Below, piece by piece: positions 61,053 through 64,000 of a stretch of 64,000 nucleotides of DNA (the stretch's first letter is position 1; each line of letters starts with the position of its first letter). The translations under genes were made by a program, and so were the position numbers. Where the stretch lies: assembly GCF_038025025.1 (NCBI RefSeq), contig NW_027117342.1, forward strand, positions 1,488,001 to 1,552,000, read 5' to 3'. A model generated the notes under the pieces. It was not told the origin of the DNA. It did no database searches and worked only from the letters and a program-made list of their open reading frames with translations. Origin of the DNA: Phyllosticta citribraziliensis. Lineage: Eukaryota.

Positions 61053-62663
61053 GAGATGAGAAGCCATCTTAACGGCAAAGTAAGCAAACAAACAACAGGC
61101 GAAGGGTATAAATAAAGGAAGGGGAAAGCAAGATTACAGACATGTAGCTCTGCGCATAAGAGGTTCAAACACCGTCCCCTTCCACAAGCCACAACCACCT
61201 CGAGAAGAACTCCAACAAAAAACTGCCATTGCCGCGCAAGCCACGACCGCCGCGGGCAAAAGCAAATCCGCAAAAAAGAGAGGAAATGAAATGACAGGAA
61301 AGCAAGCCTTACAAGGCTACATTACATGCGTGCGAAATATCCACGAACCAGGTTTTGCGCAACGCCTCCAAGAAGGGCGGAAGGAGAAAAGAAAATAAAC
61401 CGACGTGCATGCAGCAATGACGGTGCGCCGCAAATGCATAATGATATGAATGTGGTACAGCGAGCAGCAGCAGCCGAGGAAAAGGCAAAAATGCAAGGCG
61501 CAAAAATGACAACCTCATCTCCTCTGCTCTGCTCTGCTCTCATTTCGCTCGAGGCATGCATACATGGATGGATGCGTCAGCGTGTCGAGTGGGTATGTGT
61601 GTGTGGCAGTCGCCGGCAGGCACACATGCGAGGACAAACCAGTCGATGTATCGCATCTATGCAGCCACATCCACCCACAACGACGACGGGGACCGTGGCG
61701 GACGGCCCGCGAGCACTGCTACCAGGTTCGCATTCGATCTGAAACGCCGCCACCATGCAAGGAAGATGAGAAAGAGAAGCAGCAAGAGCAAGAAGTGGCA
61801 TGTGTGTGCGTGGTGAGCAAGAGATAAGACTTCTTTGCCAGCGCCCAGAGTGGAGCCAGGCCTGGGCGCCGTACCGCCTTCCGCGGTCATTGTGGACCAC
61901 CGCCGCCAAATCTAGTGCTACTACAACGACGACGGGGAGATAATGACCGTGTAACAGCGCGTTACTACCGGCATGCCGCGCAAAAAGCAAGGACAAGAGA
62001 GAAAAGAAAAAGGTACAGTAACAGGACAGGGACAGGGGGAATTAGAAAGACTAGAAGAGAGACCAAAGCCACGGCAGCATAAAACAATTCGTTCGTACAA
62101 GATGATGGTGATGATGATGATGATAGCCGCAGTATTCGCCCAACCAATCAGTCAGCGACAACAGCAAAAAAAAAGTGACTTTTCCAACCCATTTCGGCCC
62201 AGTCCAGATTCAGTCAGTGCCCAGCGCTGCTGTAGTCCGAAACATTTGACGCCATACACCTAGCCAGACCCATGTCTTGTGCGGTGCTGTTATGTCTCAC
62301 GCACGTGGTAGAACCCGGAAAATGGAAAAAAACAGAAATCCCAAAACAGAAATAGTCCGCGGCCTAGAGCCGTCTGGAGTTTGCGCCACCAACCATGAAC
62401 GTGTCTAAGAATTCTCTTTCGCTTTTGTGGTGATGATGGTGATAGTGATAATGATGACGACGATGTAGATGACGGGATAGAGAATGCGAAAATTCGGTCA
62501 TAAATCGCGCGGGAAATGAATGCGGACCCCAGTAGCTGCCGCATCAGCATCGATGTGCGGCTATTCTGTCGTCACTGGGCTCAACTAGCCCGTCCGCAAA
62601 TAGCGCACTAGTCTGCCAACCGCGCAGACGCTAGACACCCCCCGAAAGATGTTGCAACCCGCA

Positions 62664-63580
62664 TCATGAGACAAACGGTCGCATGGTCGATGCGCTGCTC
62701 GTGGGTGGTGCTTGCATGGCGCTAAAGGCAAACAGGGCCTTGAGGCTTCCTTGACCGGGCGAGGTGGCCGTCGGAGTCCGCTTTTGGAAGAGTTCCAGCT
62801 CGCCTTCGGCTACGCCAGTTGACGTTGTGCAGCTCGGCAAGCACTTGAGCGAGCACTGCGAAAGACTTGACGGGGCGGTGGGTGGTGCCGTGACGAATGG
62901 GTTGACGAGGTCGATGGAGCCGTTCCTTGATGACGTACTGTGGGGATGTCTGCGCGGGAGAAGAGGGCGGCTGGAGGGCGTGTAAGGCATTGAAACGCTC
63001 AAGGTACTCGTCGGCGTGTGAGATAACGACGGGGCGGCGCTGTGGGTGGTGGGTAGCACCATGGCTGTGTTTGCCCTGTTGTGTGTGGGACGGACTGGTC
63101 TTCTGAGGTCGAGTTCAGTCGAGGACCGGGGGAATGAACGCAGATATCGCGTGGCCTCGGTCTCTTGGGGACGTGGCTTCTCAATGTCGTGCCAGTCCGA
63201 CTCATCCTCAGAAGCGTCAGAGAAGCCATAGGATAACCTCTTGGCGGGAGCGACGGTAGGGGAGCGAGGGGGCACAATGTCGCGAGAGGGAGAGGTGTCG
63301 TCGAAAAAGAATGAGGCGTAGGGCGTGGGAGGAGGCGAAGGCTCGAAGGAGAGCTCCTTTGTGTTGTCCTTTTTGCGGCAACTGAAAGGTGTCAGGCGGC
63401 GGCAGGGCGGAGTTGTGACAAGACTTGGCATACCTTTCTGAGCAATATAATATCGAGTTGTTGGGCACGATGATCTGCTTTTCGCAGACTGTGCTGAGGA
63501 GGCATGAGCGACAGGAAGGACGCAAATGGAGAGGGAGGCGGAGGGGGAGCATACCAAAAGTTTAGGAAGCTGGCGGCCAT
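62664..63580 (-). CDS. Ecl1-family (life-span regulatory factor) zinc-binding protein, 3 exons
   Basis: MAASFLNFC|TVCEKQIIVPNNSILYCSES|CRKKD (CxxCxKQ...LYCSxxCxxxD), followed by a Ser/Pro-rich region with SRPLLPRRHP. Confidence 0.8.
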
Positions 63581-64000
63581 GAGGTCGTCGTCGTCGTCTT
63601 CCTTTTTGGGCGAGGCCCTGGGTTGCTTGGCGGCAGCTGCAGAGCGCTTGGTGAAGACGGCGGATTTTGACCTCGAGTGGAGGGGGGTAGGCCTTTTAGG
63701 GTGTGTGGGAGCACGATGGTGCTGCGTCGCGGCCATCTGGGGCAGCGGCGGTGTGCGAGCTTATACGGAGGAGCTGAGAGCAGAAACGGGTCGTGCGCGC
63801 TTTTAGAGCCAGGGCGGCAATAAAAGAAACGGACAGGAGTTGTGACGACAGGAGACAGACGACAGCACGCGATAGGGACGCGGGTTGAGCTATCTCGGTG
63901 TGACTGTGTTGGTGGAGCCGTCGGGTCTGCTGTGGTTTGCCTTTGTTTGCTTATCGGCCAAGGACGACTAGACGCTAGCCAGGAACACCTGTTCTGAGGA

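Overview
Eukaryotic, intron-containing DNA from a filamentous ascomycete (Pezizomycotina; a Dothideomycete is plausible but only inferred). Introns are short GT-AG types with CTRAC/CTAAT branch sites. The window is gene-dense and mostly housekeeping: DPM2, RPN13, RPL6, a sterol-desaturase-like gene, a long alpha/beta-hydrolase, TCD-like, a WSC sensor, SPS19, ATG33-like, CEG1, ISY1, RMD1, QNS1, a RING-PHD gene, RPL43, an SCCPDH-like gene, DUF336, a class I GATase, TLG2, calmodulin, a proline-racemase-family dehydratase and an ECL1-like gene. I saw no rRNA, tRNA, CRISPR array or transposase. The least explained parts are: (i) a strongly base-paired 270-nt RPN13 intron between the Pru and C-terminal UCH-binding regions, whose retention gives an immediate stop; (ii) an 11.5-16.1 kb island with two tandem paralogous unknown genes (one frameshifted) and two small Cys/His zinc-binding ORFs; (iii) two GC-AG introns; (iv) a 1049-aa intronless LRR-like unknown protein. 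Family calls come from motif recognition by eye, not database searches, and exon boundaries were read manually.
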